From Eledone cirrhosa (taxonomy: Eukaryota): 64,000 bases of DNA. How positions within the stretch are numbered: position 1 is the first letter of the stretch; the number at the start of each line of letters is the position of its first letter. Below the pieces are notes generated by a model, which was not told the DNA's origin, did no database searches, and saw only the letters and a program-made list of their open reading frames with translations. Positions 1 through 16,397 of the stretch are shown here, one piece after another. A program made the translations under genes and the position numbers. The DNA is taken from assembly GCA_964016885.1 (NCBI GenBank), contig OZ024742.1, positions 367,908,001 to 367,972,000 of the forward strand, written 5' to 3'.

Positions 1-2922
1 AGGCCAGGGATTTTTGGAAGTTATCCATAGGCCCTGGGCTGAAAGTTCTCCGGAAGAGAGCAAACAGCTGATCTTCGACGCCTAGGATCTCTCCGAGAAC
101 GTCGTCGATCTTCGACTCCACTCGTCCTCTATAGAACGCCGAGGTGGATGTTCCACCGATACTGGTGCCCAGCTGACAGAGGGCAATGAGCGCCTGGAGA
201 CATTCCAGTTTCCAAGCACTATCCCTCGGTCTTTTCCTGACCCAGGACTGCAGCTCCGTCAAGGAGACGATCTGTGGGAAAACGTGCCTGGCGAACGGCG
301 ACCACAGCTATTCACCGTAAAAGAAGCATCAGAGATGTCGCAGGCTCAGCGCATGTTTGCGCATCATCAGCCATGGCATGTCCAGTCCTCCACGCAACGG
401 GTGTTGACAGCAGATAGATCGTCTGACCACGGGAGCGCGTCCCTTCCACAAAACACGGAAGAGAAGGCGCTCCATTTTGGTGAGAGTTGGGACGGGGCAA
501 GAGACGACGGTGAGGCGGTAGCAGATGACGGATGCGATGTACGCATTCGCCACCTCCGCGCGGCCTTTCAGGGACAGATTCCCCTCGGCCCATTTCTGGG
601 GGAGGGAGGCCACCCTGCTCGTCACCTCGCTCCAGTTTTTCTCCATCTGGAGGTCCGGTCCAAACCAGACCCCGAGAAATTTAACCAGTCCGTCCGTCCA
701 ACGCCCCACGACTCTGTCGGACGGCATGGACTTGCCTCTCCAGGTGCCGAGCTTCAAGCCCACCGACTTTTCCTGGATTATCTTTGCTCCTGTCACCGCT
801 TCGTATTCCTTGAGAGCGGTGCCGAGCATCTGGACGTGTCTTGTGCTCGACACCAGCACGGTAACGTCGTCGACGTAAGCCGACTCGGATTTCCCGAATC
901 CTAGTTCGCGTGGGACGCCCTCATCGCCCCCAGTTTGTGCAGTAACGGCTCGAGAGACAATACGTACAAGAGAGACGAGAGGGGACAACCCTGGCGGACC
1001 GAGCACATGATGCTGAACGGCTGCGACAGGTGACGGTTCGCCCTCACAACTGAGCAGATGTCGCTGTACATCGCAGCGATCCAACCCCTGAAAACGGGCC
1101 CGAAACCGGCTGCCTCGAGAACGGTCGCTAAGCATCGATTGTCGACCCTATCGAATGCTTTGGATTGATCCAAGTTGATCAGGGACCCACTTGTGCCAGG
1201 TTGCTTAACCGCCCTCTCTACGATGTATCGCATGATGTGGAGGTTGTCGTGTATGGATCTGTCCGGAATGGCGGATGCGCTCCTCCCACCAGACCCCCGA
1301 CGACATGCGCCAACCTCGTTGCTAACACCTTGGCCAAAATCTTGAACTCTGCGTTTAGCAGCGTTATGAGCTTGAAGTTATCGATAAATCCCCCTTGTTC
1401 GGGTCTTTTCTCAGCAGCGCCACCGCTCTCCGGTTCACAAAACTGGTAATGCTCCCGTTCTGTTGCCAGTTGCAGTAGACGTCTGTCAAGAGGTCACCGA
1501 ACAAGTCTGGCATAAATGCATAAAGTTCGTAGGGCAGACCATCCAAACGTGGCGATTTACCCCTCGTGCAGTTAGCCATCGCTTCCCGTATTTCACCGGC
1601 TGTTATTGGCTTTTCGCAACACTGCGCTGCGGTCGTCGAGAGCCGAAGCAGTCCGTCGAGGTATACACTGACCTCCATACCCCGATCCGGCCCGCCGCTG
1701 CTCCCTAACAGTTCAGCAAAGTGCTGCTGAAAAGCCTCACACATCTGCTCGGGTTCGAGCAACACGCGCCCGTTTTATTCAGATAAAGACCCAATTGTGG
1801 CTTTGTTGCCACGTCGCGCCTCTGCCACGCCGGCCCATTGGACGGCTTTTGTCCCCTCGTGTTTCAGAGAACGTGCTCTAGCTCTGACAACGCAGCCTTC
1901 GTGTTTTGCGTTTGATGAATTGGTCGAGTGCCAATCTCGCCGCAAGCACGTCGGTTGCGATGCCTGTCCTAAACGCCCCTTCTAGCTTTCTGACTAGCTC
2001 TCCTTCTACTCTATTTTCCTCTATCACCAGTCCTTTGCTAAACCTAATCGACTCTACTTTAATTGCCCTTTTCAGGGCGAACCACCACCTGTTGTTGACG
2101 ACCGCTCCCGTAACGCCCGCTTAACTAATACGCTAATCCGGTATATGTAGGCTTTGATCGCCGGGAAAGACGCGTTCAGCTTCCAGTAACCGGGTCCTCG
2201 TCTATGAAGTTTGTCTATGTCGATCTCACAGATCACAAATTTGTGGTCTGTGTAGTCGACTATTTTAAATTGTTGACAACTTATACTAGCCTTATCTAGT
2301 TTTCTGCAGAATACCCTATCGAGATACGATCTGTATGACCCGATGCAGTTTGTCCATATCCACATTGGCACATTCGGGTGATCCAGTTGATACCTGTCAG
2401 ACATTTCAAAACGTCTGAGCAGGTTGGTGAGACTCGTGCACCATCCTCCCCTATCCACTAGCCCCACACAATCCCAGCGTGCATCCAAGATACCGTTCTA
2501 GTCGCCCACTAACACTAAAGAGCGGGACGTTCCAAGAAAGGTCTCTAGACGTCTGAAGAAATCTGGCCGTCCTACCCTGTTGGGGCGTAGACGGCTACTA
2601 GCCTGAAAGCATTGCCTTCGCTGCCGGTGACGTCCAGCACCACCGACTTACCTTCTGGGTCTAGGAAGATGGCCCGTATCGCGAGATCCAAGCCTCTCCG
2701 AAAAAGGACGGCAACCCCTCCCCCCGATCCTGGACGGCTGGGAGATGCGTATACATCGTAGCCGCCGAAGATCGGTGCGAAGGCTTGTGCTTCGGAGATT
2801 CTGGTTTCACTGATGGCCACCACATCTATGTTTAGTGACCTGAGGTCGTTGAGCAGGTGACCCTGCTTCCAAGATAACCCTAGGCCGCGTGCATTTATAC
2901 TGCCTATTCTGAGTACGGCCAT
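1..2922 (-). mobile_element. L1/Tx1-clade LINE ORF2 (APE endonuclease + RT), degenerate, runs off the window start
   Basis: Minus-strand frames read MAVLRIGSINARGL..VVAISETR (APE motifs), SYLDRVF, TDHK, GPGYWKLN, KSP.LDGLPYELY, NLDQSKAFDRVD, SVRQGCPLS.LLYVLSLEPL, AYVDDV, KFLGVWFG. The frames are broken by stops and frameshifts. Confidence 0.93.
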
Positions 2923-2954
2923 GTTGGATGAGAAAGGGGGCAAGTGAGAAAGGG

Positions 2955-3383
2955 TCACTTACCTTGTTTGTGTGGTGAAGGGACAGTAGAACCGTCCCTT
3001 TCGCTGGTCATGGGTGTTTCCAAGAGGATGTCAGTGTATATCCTCTTCGTAACCGTCACTCTGAAGTCTCCAACTGCGTTGGGGAATTTTTGTTTTAAAG
3101 GTTTGTACTGTTCTATTGAGATTTCGATGATGCTTATGTTTGTCGGGAGAGTTCTTGGTGTTGGTGGGGTGTAGTAGTTTTTTTCTGTGATGCCTGTATG
3201 CTGCTTTATATATTGTATGAGTTCTTTTTTTACCATGTTTATGGCTGTGTACTTTTGGGGCGGAGGGGTGATTTTGTTGCTGTTTTCTTCTTGTTGCTGT
3301 TTAGTGTGTGTGTCTTGTTGTGTTTACGTTGTTGGTGTTTTGGGTGATGCTGGTGGTGGTGTGATTGTTGTAGTCAGTGGTGC
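2955..3383 (-). pseudogene. Probable C-terminal remnant of the Tx1 element ORF1 (alternatively the 5' region of a PLE)
   Basis: Frame MVKKELIQYIKQHTG...HKQGK* ends about 32 nt before the ORF2 ATG and has Thr/Pro/Gln-rich sequence upstream. No diagnostic motif. Confidence 0.35.
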
Positions 3384-3880
3384 TTAAAATTTGGCTTCGT
3401 TTATTACTGCTATATATATTTCGGTGACAGCCATCTTTGACTGTGACCTCTTCAGGCAGTCCGAATTAGTGTGGTAGAGACGAGTACACATGTTGTTGAG
3501 GTGTTTAACTTTGTCAATACTCTGATATGCCCAGTTCGTGGTTGGGTTGTTGTTTCACTGAGGAACTGGAATCATATGAATTTAAACAAACGAATTTCAG
3601 CGTCAAAGGACGTCTTCTCCTCTCATTGGTCAGTTGTGAATGAGAGGAGAAGACGTCCTTTGACGCTGAAATTCGTGTTTAAATTCATATGATTCCAGTT
3701 CCTCAGTGAAACAACAACCCAACCACGAACTGGGCATATCAGAGTATTGACAAAGTTAAACACCTCAACAACATGTGTACTCGTCTCTACCACACTAATT
3801 CGGACTGCCTGAAGAGGTCACAGTCAAAGATGGCTGTCACCGAAATATATATAGCAGTAATAAACGAAGCCAAATTTTAA
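3384..3880. repeat. Fold-back inverted repeat (arms 3384-3627 / 3639-3880), PLE pLTR type
   Basis: Arms of about 243 bp are nearly identical with an 11-nt loop. Each arm carries an HHR. A (TA)n tract follows at about 3900. Confidence 0.95.
3804..3858 (+). ncRNA. Type I hammerhead ribozyme (mirror copy 3406-3460, minus strand)
   Basis: actgc-CTGAAGA-ggtcacagtc aaagat ggctgtcacc-GAAA-tatata-TA-gcagt: stem I actgc/gcagt, palindromic stem III, AUA site. Confidence 0.88.
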
Positions 3881-4517
3881 ACATTTGACTTATTTATTTT
3901 ATATATATATATATATAAAAATAGGGTTAGAAAATGTAAAGATTGACCTACTGGTTATTAAGAAGGTTTCTGTATTAATGTGTCAAGTAATTTGATGATT
4001 AGTTATAGTTGTTTACCTTTACCGGTTTTAGATGTGTTTACAATCTTTTCAAAAATATTTTTGTTGTAGTGTTTCGAAAAAAAATCTTTTTTTAAAATAT
4101 TTATTTCACGTGGTTAGTCACTTATGTTCTTGTTAAACAGGGGACGCAATTAGTTTTATTTGTGTCGCTTATTTCGAGGAGAATGGGGTTCCTCACAAGG
4201 AAAGTAATTCAGTTATGTAAAAATTTGAATTTATTTATGTAAATTCTTCCCTTATTTAAACGTGTTTCCGTACACTGGGTATTGTAATGGTTGGTTATAA
4301 ATCTTAGATGTGTTTATAATGGCTAACATATAACAATAACAGTTTAGTTAGATGTTTGTTAACCGTTTTCATACCAAACTACCTGAATCCTCGTTCTACC
4401 ATATGAAACTGTTTGATTTTAAAGAGTTGGGCCCAAACATGTTTTAAATGCACCAAAAAAATGCCGTTTCATTAGGGTACCTTTACGACTCCACCAGGAG
4501 TTACGGGTCCATACATA

Positions 4518-4618
4518 CAGGGTGTCCCCCCAAAATGTATACACACTTCAACAGCATTCTAATAGATATTGCCTGAACAGGTAATCAAGGGGTGTATACA
4601 TTTCTTTGGGACACCCTG
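4518..4618. mobile_element. Tc1/mariner-type MITE
   Basis: TIRs CAGGGTGTCCC..AAATGTATACAC / GTGTATACATTT..GGGACACCCTG, flanked by TA on both sides. Confidence 0.85.
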
Positions 4619-4697
4619 TATATATTCATCTAAAAACGTAACATCATAATTTTATGTAAGAATATTGCTTAAGTTATATTCCAAACACCAACTTAAT

Positions 4698-4887
4698 TGT
4701 TTCTACTTTTGCCACTAGGCCAGCAATTATCCCAGTGTATTACTGGTACTTTATTTTATCGACCCCGTAAGAATGAAAGGCAAAATTAACCTCGGCGGGA
4801 TTTGAACTCAGATCATAAAGAGCCGTAACTCTATACTACAAAGCATGGTGTCCGACTCTCTACCGATTCTGCAATCCACTGCCCTTA
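4698..4887 (-). mobile_element. tRNA-derived SINE with Nin/Deu-like central domain
   Basis: Minus strand has B box GAGTTCAAATCCC, then GCCTTTCATTCTTACGGGGTCGATAAAATAAAGTACCAG. Five copies in the window. Confidence 0.8.
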
Positions 4888-5149
4888 ACACCAACTGGGA
4901 AAAAGTTAGTTATATCTCTAAATCACTTTAATATTTTAAAAAATTATTTGAAAATGGTAGGCTGTGGTGTTTCATTGTAAATATGGCAGGGAAAGGGTTA
5001 ACACATCTGTCTATTAGTCAGATGGATATCACCGTATTGAAATATCTAATGGTAATAATAATAATAACAATAATAAATACATATCACTAGAAATATTGTG
5101 AGTGGTATCTGATATGGAGCGAATTGATGTATGAATACTATCTAATGAG

Positions 5150-5775
5150 AGGTGGTGGTGGTGGTGGTGGTGGTGGTGGTGGTGGTAGTGGTAGTGGTGG
5201 TGGTGGTGGTGGTGGTGGTGGTGATCGTCGTGGTGGTGGTTGTAGTGGTGATGGTGTGGTGATGGTGGTGGTGGTTGTAGTGGTGATGGTGTGGTGATGG
5301 TGGTGGTGGTGGTGGTTGTAGTGGTGATGGTGTGGTGATGGTGGTGGTGGTGGTGGTTGTAGTGGTGATGGTGTGGTGATGGTGGTGGTGGTGGTAGTGG
5401 TGATGGTGTGGTGATGGTGGTGGTGGTAGTGGTGGTGGTGGTGGTGGTGGTGGTGGTGGTCGTCGTGGTCGTGGTGATAGTGGTGGTGGTTGTAGTGGTG
5501 ATGGTGTGGTGATGGTGGTGGTGGTGGTTGTAGTGGTGATGGTGTGGTGATGGTGGTGGTGGTGGTGGTTGTAGTGGTGATGGTGTGGTGATGGTGGTGG
5601 TGGTGGTTGTAGTGGTGATGGTGTGGTGATGGTGGTGGTGGTGGTGGTTGTAGTGGTGATGGTGTGGTGATGGTGGTGGTGGTGGTAGTGGTGAGGGTGG
5701 TGGTGGTAGTGGTGGTGGTGGCAGTGATGGTGGTGGTAGTGGTGGTGGCAGTCATGCGGGGGGGGGGGGGGGGGT
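5150..5775. repeat. (GGT)n-derived microsatellite/minisatellite (GGT/GAT/AGT variants)
   Basis: Direct inspection; recurring sub-unit ggttgtagtggtgatggtgtggtgat. Confidence 0.95.
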
Positions 5776-6336
5776 AGTGATGGTTGCGGCAGTGGAGGTG
5801 TTTATGATAAATATGAAGATGCTGATGGAAAGTTTAAAAGTCAAAATCAAAAAGAGAGAGACAGAAAATGAGAAAGACAGAAAAAGACCTAAAGACGAAA
5901 GGAAAAGAAAAAACCCCGATGGTTATCTTATATAATTTAGTGTGAAGCTTGTGAAGTGCTGGATTGGATGTCTAAATTTATAGCCGATGTTAGCTGATAT
6001 GAACTGTGGAACGGAAATTGTAAAAGTTACATGTTCGACCTAGAATCATCAGAGGCAAAATAGATTAGCAGTTAAAGTGTTAGGAAAGGAGAATAAAGGA
6101 ATGGGAATAGAGGAATGGGAATAGAGGAATGGGAATAGAAGAATGGGAATAGAGGATTGAGGAGAATAAAATGGTCAACTAAAACTGGCCCCTGTGGCTC
6201 CTGATCCCGCCTTTCACCAGTTCTCTTTATAGATATGGACGTGACATATTTGACAGAATTGTACATCTATATACGATATACTTACAATTACACCTACAGA
6301 ACGACACACAGATAGATATGTAAATATTATATATAT

Positions 6337-6405
<69 letters not shown>

Positions 6406-6517
6406 CTCAGCCGGATGGCTGGAACAGGTAAAAGTGTAAAAGAGTATATATATATTGGCAAAGAACAAAACAAAAACAAGGAGTGCACTTATGAACAGTG
6501 TTGGTATTAGGTTCACG

Positions 6518-6568
<51 letters not shown>

Positions 6569-6684
6569 ATTTACATATACACAAACTAGACAAAGTCACA
6601 GATATATATGTGTTTTGGCAACCATTCACGATGTGTCTCAATGATGAATTAATAAATTAAATAATCAGAGCAATATACTATAAA

Positions 6685-6880
6685 GTATGTCCACAGAATC
6701 ATTTGATAATATATATACACCATTTCTTCTCCCAATTAGCATAATTAACCACACAAAACAATCAATTAGACCAGGTTATAAGATTAAAAGGCACCTATGA
6801 AGAAATAGTAGATAAATAAACGACAGCAATCTCTTCGCAGCCAACCGCCATAGAATGATTTACCCAACATTTCAACAGCA
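6685..6880. repeat. Dispersed repeat, inverted relative to 28245-28435
   Basis: ctcccaattagcataattaacca...caattagaccagg..ataaga...tttacccaacatttcaacagca is the reverse complement of 28245-28435. Confidence 0.8.
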
Positions 6881-6970
6881 CGTGGAAATCGATTAAATAT
6901 ACCGTCAACCATACACAATTAGGTATAAAATTAAAGTTAGAAGAAATGCATATACACATACCAGGATTAC

Positions 6971-7050
6971 GTTTCTACCCTCGGGTTTCGTTCGCATTTG
7001 GAAATACCCTATTAAGGATAAAATCTCGAGCTTCGAACTCATCAGGAAAC
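6971..7050 (-). ncRNA. Type I hammerhead ribozyme, intact core
   Basis: Minus strand: gtttc-CTGATGA-gttcg(...)cgaac-GAAA-ccc ga ggg-TA-gaaac. All three stems pair; GUA site. Confidence 0.9.
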
Positions 7051-7295
7051 AAACTCGTTTGGACAGATGTTTTCTTAAGTGATCCCCGCCAGAAACGAAT
7101 TCAAAATGGGTAAGAATTGTGCCATTTTGTTCTTGGCTTTGATAAGTACCAATCAGTACGAAACAGAGCTCTGTCAGCTTTATCTCCCCTGTTTGCTGAA
7201 AATTTAAAGTAAGTGAGACTGTCACAACTCTAAAACAATAGCGTAAGGTCTTCGAAATGCTTTTAATTAAGCATACAGTGTATTGCAAAATACAC

Positions 7296-8834
<1,539 letters not shown>

Positions 8835-9581
8835 ATATATACTGTATTTTGCAATATACATAATATAAGAACAAAAGATGGTTAAAAGAGTTCCATGTAT
8901 TTTATTATGCGCATTTAAAAAACAAATATCATCATGGGATGATATTTGCGTTCTCATCAGATAAAATAGGGAGATATGATATGAAGCCTAAAAACACTTG
9001 CGAGCAGTGAAGTGTTAAATCTACATATGAAAAATAAAATAAGATGGATATATGAGATTTGGAATAAAAAGGAGGAGGGGGAAGGAAAAGGTAAGGAAGA
9101 GGAAGAAAGAAAATAAAGGATGACGGGGGAGGAGTATAAGAAGGAAGGATGAGAGAGGAGAAGAAATGAGTGAGACAGAGAGAGAGATGGCCTTTAATAC
9201 TGAGAAACACTGTCTCACAGAGAAAATTAAAAAAACCGTTGTAAGATAATACATAATTTAAAAAAATTTTGAAATTATAAGTTAATGAGGTTTATGAATG
9301 GTGATGTTAATGATTAAAGAAAAAAGTTATTAAGAATAGTATTTATTTAAGGTTTATATATTGAAGGGTTTAATAATATGTGCGAAAGGAATTTATTAAA
9401 ATTAAAATATTAAGGATATAAGGTGAACGAAGAAGAGATTAAATGAATTATGAAAGAAAGAAGAAAATTTAAGGAAGAAAAAATATATATGTTTACACAA
9501 TTTACTAATGGTAATATTAATATATATTAAAAATATAGTTTGTATGGCCAAGAATATAAGGAAAATGCTATAGTGAGTAAT

Positions 9582-9683
9582 TGTTTCTACTTTTGGCACA
9601 AGGCCAGCAATTACCCAGTGCATTGCTGGTACTTTATTTTATCGACCCCGTAAGGATGAAAGGCAAAGTTAACCTCGGCGGGA
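9582..9683 (-). mobile_element. 5'-truncated SINE with 12-bp TSD
   Basis: Same family as 4698-4887. ATAGTGAGTAAT occurs at 9570-9581 and 9684-9695. The SINE is absent from the mirror arm. Confidence 0.88.
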
Positions 9684-10637
9684 ATAGTGAGTAATAATAT
9701 GAATTAAGAAGTAATTGAGAAGTAAAAGTTACAGATTAAAGATTAGAAATTAAAAAAGAAAAAAGGAAGAAAGGAAAAAAGGATAAAAAAGAAGAACAAT
9801 AGGGGACCGCTAACGACATAGAATGAGTAAATTGTATAATACAATATACTGAAATAAGGTAGAAAGATGGGTATATTTATAAAAGTTATAAAAGCGTTTG
9901 AGAAAAGAAGATTTTAAACTAATTAGGTAGTGAGATATTAGCTGTATACTTTATGGAAAGTTCTATGGGATTTATGCAAGCTGAGCGAAAATAAATCCGT
10001 ACGTCTATTTATTATAGAATTAAAATTATAGATAATCTGTAACTTTTACTTCTCAATTACTTCTTAATTCATCTTATAACTCAGTATAGCATTTTACTTA
10101 TATTCTCGGCCATACAAATTTTTATTTTTAATATATACTAATATTACCATTAGTAAATTTTGTAAACATATATATATTTTGTTGACGTTATATTTTTTCT
10201 TCCTTAAATTTTCTTCTTTCTTCTCTCCTTCCGTGCTCGTATTAAACCTATTATTAACTTTTTCATATTACAATACATAAAAACAAACTTAAACCCTAGC
10301 TAATTCCTCTAAATTCATAATTCATTTAATCTCTTCTTCATTCACTTTATATCCTTAATATTTTTATTTTAATAATACATATTAATAAATTCCTTTTCGC
10401 ACATATTATTAAACCCTTCAAAATATAACCTTAAATAAATACTATTCTTAATTCCTTTTTCTTTAATCATAAACATCACCACTCATAAACCTCATTAACT
10501 TTTAATTTCAATTTTTTTTTTAAATTATGTATTATCTTACAACGGTTTTTTTAATTTTCTCTGTGAGACAGTGTTTCTCAGTATTAAAGGCTATCTCTCT
10601 CTCTGTGTCTCACTTATTTCTCCTCCTCTCTCATCTT

Positions 10638-11748
<1,111 letters not shown>

Positions 11749-11944
11749 TGTTATAAACTTGTTTATAGAATTCTTTCTGCCTTTGTTACTCTAAAAATAA
11801 AAATAAAAATAAACTATAGCTTTGTAGAATTAGCTTTTAATGAATTCCCTTTTCTATCAACCAATGACCTACACCCATCCCACTCCCTACCCTCTCCTAC
11901 CACTTGAAGAGACCTATAAATACCATACTTATTTTTTGATACCC

Positions 11945-11995
11945 AGATTCCTGATGATTTCTAAAGAATGAAACAGTTCTAGCCCTGTAGAATCT
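11945..11995 (+). ncRNA. Type I hammerhead ribozyme in a solo pLTR-like segment (about 11750-12078)
   Basis: agattc-CTGATGA-tttc taaa gaat-GAAA-cag ttctagcc ctg-TA-gaatct. Confidence 0.85.
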
Positions 11996-12077
11996 CATCT
12001 ATATTAAAACTTTTATACTCTGCAATGTATTGAGTACCTTAGTTACTGTGGTTACCTCCGATTCAACCCGGAATAAC

Positions 12078-12499
<422 letters not shown>

Positions 12500-13957
12500 C
12501 ATATATGTATATATATATATGTATATATATATATACATATAAACGTTTGAATATGTATAATAAAGCCAAAACAATGCAGGTATGGACATAGAAAAAAAGA
12601 ATGCAATTGCAAAAGATATTGTTGACAAATCGTCTTTTACCTTAGATTTACTTAAATGTCCTTAATTTTCGAGATAATATCTCTTCTTCAGAGGGAAATA
12701 AAGGTCTCAAACCAGTGTTCTAAATATCTTGCCAAGCCATACTGACAGGAAATAGTATAGAGTATCTGTTCTATCTCTAATGTCAAAGAGTTAAAATTAG
12801 GTGGATAAAGAGTAGTCTCCCTTTAAAAGGGGTTTGTTTAGGGTTTTTTGTTTTTTTTTATTTATATACATGCCTGTTTAAGTGTGTGGGAGAATGCATG
12901 AAGGTGTAAGTATGTGAGTGTGTGTGTGTGAGTGTGAGAAGATAAGTCTATTCGTAACTGTGGGGGATAGGTGTTATCTGGTGTTAGAACTGGTTTTGTG
13001 TGTGTATGTGTGAGAGAGAATAAGTGGAGGTGTAAACGTGTGTGTGTGTGTGCGTGCGTGTGTGTATGTGGGGCGTGTAAATATGGGGCTAGAAGCCCTA
13101 TCAGGTTATAAATTGGGTGTTGAGTTCTAGTCTATTATTGATTGGTGGTTGTGTTTTATCTATAATTAGTGCTTCCTTAATTCTAAGATTGCCGAGGTTT
13201 CTTTCCTTAGTTTCTATCCTAACTGTTATGGTTTTGTCGGTGTTTTTGCATTTAGCTAGGTGTTTCTTAAATGAGGAAGCGTTAATATTGAGGTGTTATT
13301 TTATTCTTATGTGGAGTGGTCTGGTGGTGCTACCTACGTAGAAGTTGTTGCATTTGTCACACTCTAGTCTGTATACGACGTAAGCCTGGTGGCATAGGTC
13401 TGTGTCGTTGATGGGGGAGTTGGCTAGTCTGCAGAAGTTGTCATGTCTGGTGGAGTGTCTTTTGGTTAGCTGTCCGCGTAGAGAAGGATCTGAGTGGGCC
13501 AGTTGGATATCTAGTCCCTCTCGTATGATGGCTCTGCGGATGGCTGTTGTTGTTTCTTCACTGAAGTGTGGGAGCTTCAGGAAGCAAGTGTTAGTGCCTC
13601 GAGTGTGGTGTCCTCTGTTCTTTCTGGCACGGTTTGTGGTGGATGTCGTGTATCTGTTCAGTGTGAGTACTTCCAGGAAATGTGTGGTGTGTGTGTCTCG
13701 GTCTCTAGCGTCGGTGCATTTGTACCGGATACGTGCCAGTTCGTTCCTTATGTATCCGAACTTGACACCGAGTGGGAGGGCCGATCTGAAATGTACGAAC
13801 AGGTCCCTGCTGGCGGCTTTTTTATAGAATCAGGTGTGGATGTTGCCTTCCTCTGTTACGCTGAGTTGGAAGTCCAGTAGGGATAGGGATCCGCGGTCAT
13901 AGGGGTGTTCTATGCTGAACTTTATACTGGCGTCCATGCTGGAGAATGTTGTGTATA

Positions 13958-15990
13958 AAACACCTCGTCACAGACTTGACAGAATCCCTCTCCCGAGAGG
14001 AATTAGACCTCCTCAGCCTGGGTCCCAAGTTCATATTGAAACAGAGACTGGACGATAAATTATGGCTCGACATAGAAACGAATTTCTGGCGGGCTGCCTA
14101 CCAACTAAAATGGATATCGACTCTCGACAACAACACCACGGAATCCATCAAACCCAGAGTCCCGATATACCAACTAGATCGCCCACTCTGTCCACCGCCT
14201 GCCAACCGCGAGCTTGAAGAAAAACTCTCGAGACTAAAAGATTCCGTATTTAACATCTTACGGAAACAGAAGAAGATAGCCCCAAACCTCTCCAGGACAC
14301 AACAACTCGCCCTGAAGAACCTACGGAATAGGGAACTTATATACTTACCATCCGACAAAGGTAAAGAGTTTTGCGTCATCTCTCAAGCCACATACAATAA
14401 CCTAGAGTTTGATCACCTAAGCGACAATGAATTATACACAGAGATCCCGGACATGACTGCAGCCCAGATCGAAAAACAGACCAACTCCATTTGGTTCGAT
14501 ATCTGTAGGAGAAGACAACTCCCAAATAAAGTTAAGCTCAACTGCACACTAGAAATAGCAGACTGCCCACTTTCTACCACCTCATCAAGACAAGAATAGT
14601 ACTAAGACGCAAATAAGACCCATCGTCTCTAGCATAGAAGGACCCCTATACAAAATTTCCTGGCTTCTCTCCCAGATCCTCAAGCCTCTACTCTCCACCT
14701 TTCCCGGGCATGTCAGTAGCTCCCACAAAGTTATACGTAGACTACACCAACTCCAGCCAGAACAACTTAAACTAAATAAATACGCTTTTAGCCTAGACGT
14801 TGTCTCCCTCTACACTACAGTCCCCGCTCATCCAGCTGTCGATTTATTGACGGACTGCGTGGTCGCAGAGGACATCCACTGCTACGGCCTCCACCCGACG
14901 GACATACACCAGCTTTTGTCCTTCACAGTAGACAACACGTACTTCACCTTCCACCACCACACATACAGACAGACAACAGGATTACCCATGGGATCCAGCC
15001 TATCGGGCCTGCTGGCCATCACCTACATGAACCAGCTAGAATGCCGAGCCCTCAACACCTGCCATTCCCGTACCTTCTTCACCCGATATGTAGATGACAT
15101 ACTCATCCTTACATCATCCCGTGATGAGGAAGATAAAATATACACAACATTCTCCAGCATAGACGCCAGTATAAAGTTCAGCATGGAACACCCCGATGAC
15201 CGCGGATCCCTATCCCTACTGGACTTCCAACTCAGGCTAACAGAGGAAGGCAACATCCACACCTGCTTCTATAAAAAAGCCGCCAGCAGGGACCTGTTCG
15301 TACATTTCAGATCGGCCCTCCAACTCGGTGCCAAGTTCGGATACATAAGGAACGAACTGGCACGTATCCGGAACAAATGCACTGACGCTAGAGACCGAGA
15401 CACACACACCACACATTTCCTGGAAGTACTCAAACTGAACAGATACACGACATCCACCACAAACCGTGCCAGAAAGAACAGAGGACACCACACTCGAGGC
15501 ACTAACACTTGCTTCCTGAAGCTCCCACACTTCAGTGAAGAAACAACAACAGCCATCCGCAGAGCCATCAGACGAGAGGGACTAGATTTCCAACTGGCCC
15601 ACTCGGGTCCTTCTCTACGCGGACAGCTAACCAAAAGACACTCCACCAGACATGACAACTTCTGCAGACTAGCCAACTCCCCCATCAACGACACAGACCT
15701 ATGCCACCAGGCTTACGTCGTATACAGACTAGAGTGTGACAAATGCAACAACTTCTACGTAGGTAGCACCACCAGACCACTCCACATAAGAATAAAATAA
15801 CACCTCAATACTAACGCTTCCTCATTTAAGAAACACCTAGTTAAATGCAAAAACACCGACAAAACCATAACAGTTAGGATAGAAACTAAGGAAAGAAACC
15901 TCGGCAATCTTAGAATTAAGGAAGCACTAATTATAGATAAAACGCAACCACCAATCAATAATAGACTAGAACTCAACACCCAATTTATAA
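13958..15990 (+). pseudogene. PLE RT/GIY-YIG polyprotein, disrupted
   Basis: ORFs 13946-14599 and 14847-15800 plus the continuation after an in-frame TAA (HLNTNASSFKKHL...NLRIKEALII); frameshifts and stops present. Confidence 0.9.
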
Positions 15991-16397
15991 CCTGATAGGG
16001 CTTCTAGCCCCATATTTACACGCCCCACATACACACACGCACGCACACATACACACGCTTACACCTCCACTTATTCTCTCTCACACATACACACACAAAA
16101 CCAGTTCTAACACCAGATAACACCTATCCCCCACATTTACGAATAGACTTATCTTCTCACACTCACACACACACACTCACATACTTACACCTTCATGCAT
16201 TCTCCCACACACTTAAACAGGCATGTATATAAATTAAAAAAACAAAAAAACCCTAAACAAACCCCTTTTAAAGGGAGACTACTCTTTATCCACCTAATTT
16301 TAACTCTTTGACATTAGAGATAGAACAGATACTCTATACTATTTCCTGTCAGCATGGCTTGGCAAGATATTTAGAACGCTGATTTGAGACCTTTATT

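Noticed and set aside
284-904. Plus-strand 206-aa ORF and other antisense ORFs over LINE/PLE coding regions
   Set aside because: Shadow frames of GC-rich retroelement sequence with no recognisable motifs.
6214-6266. Minus-strand FCQICHVHIYKENW* after an AG
   Set aside because: Too short, weak acceptor, and no supporting exons.
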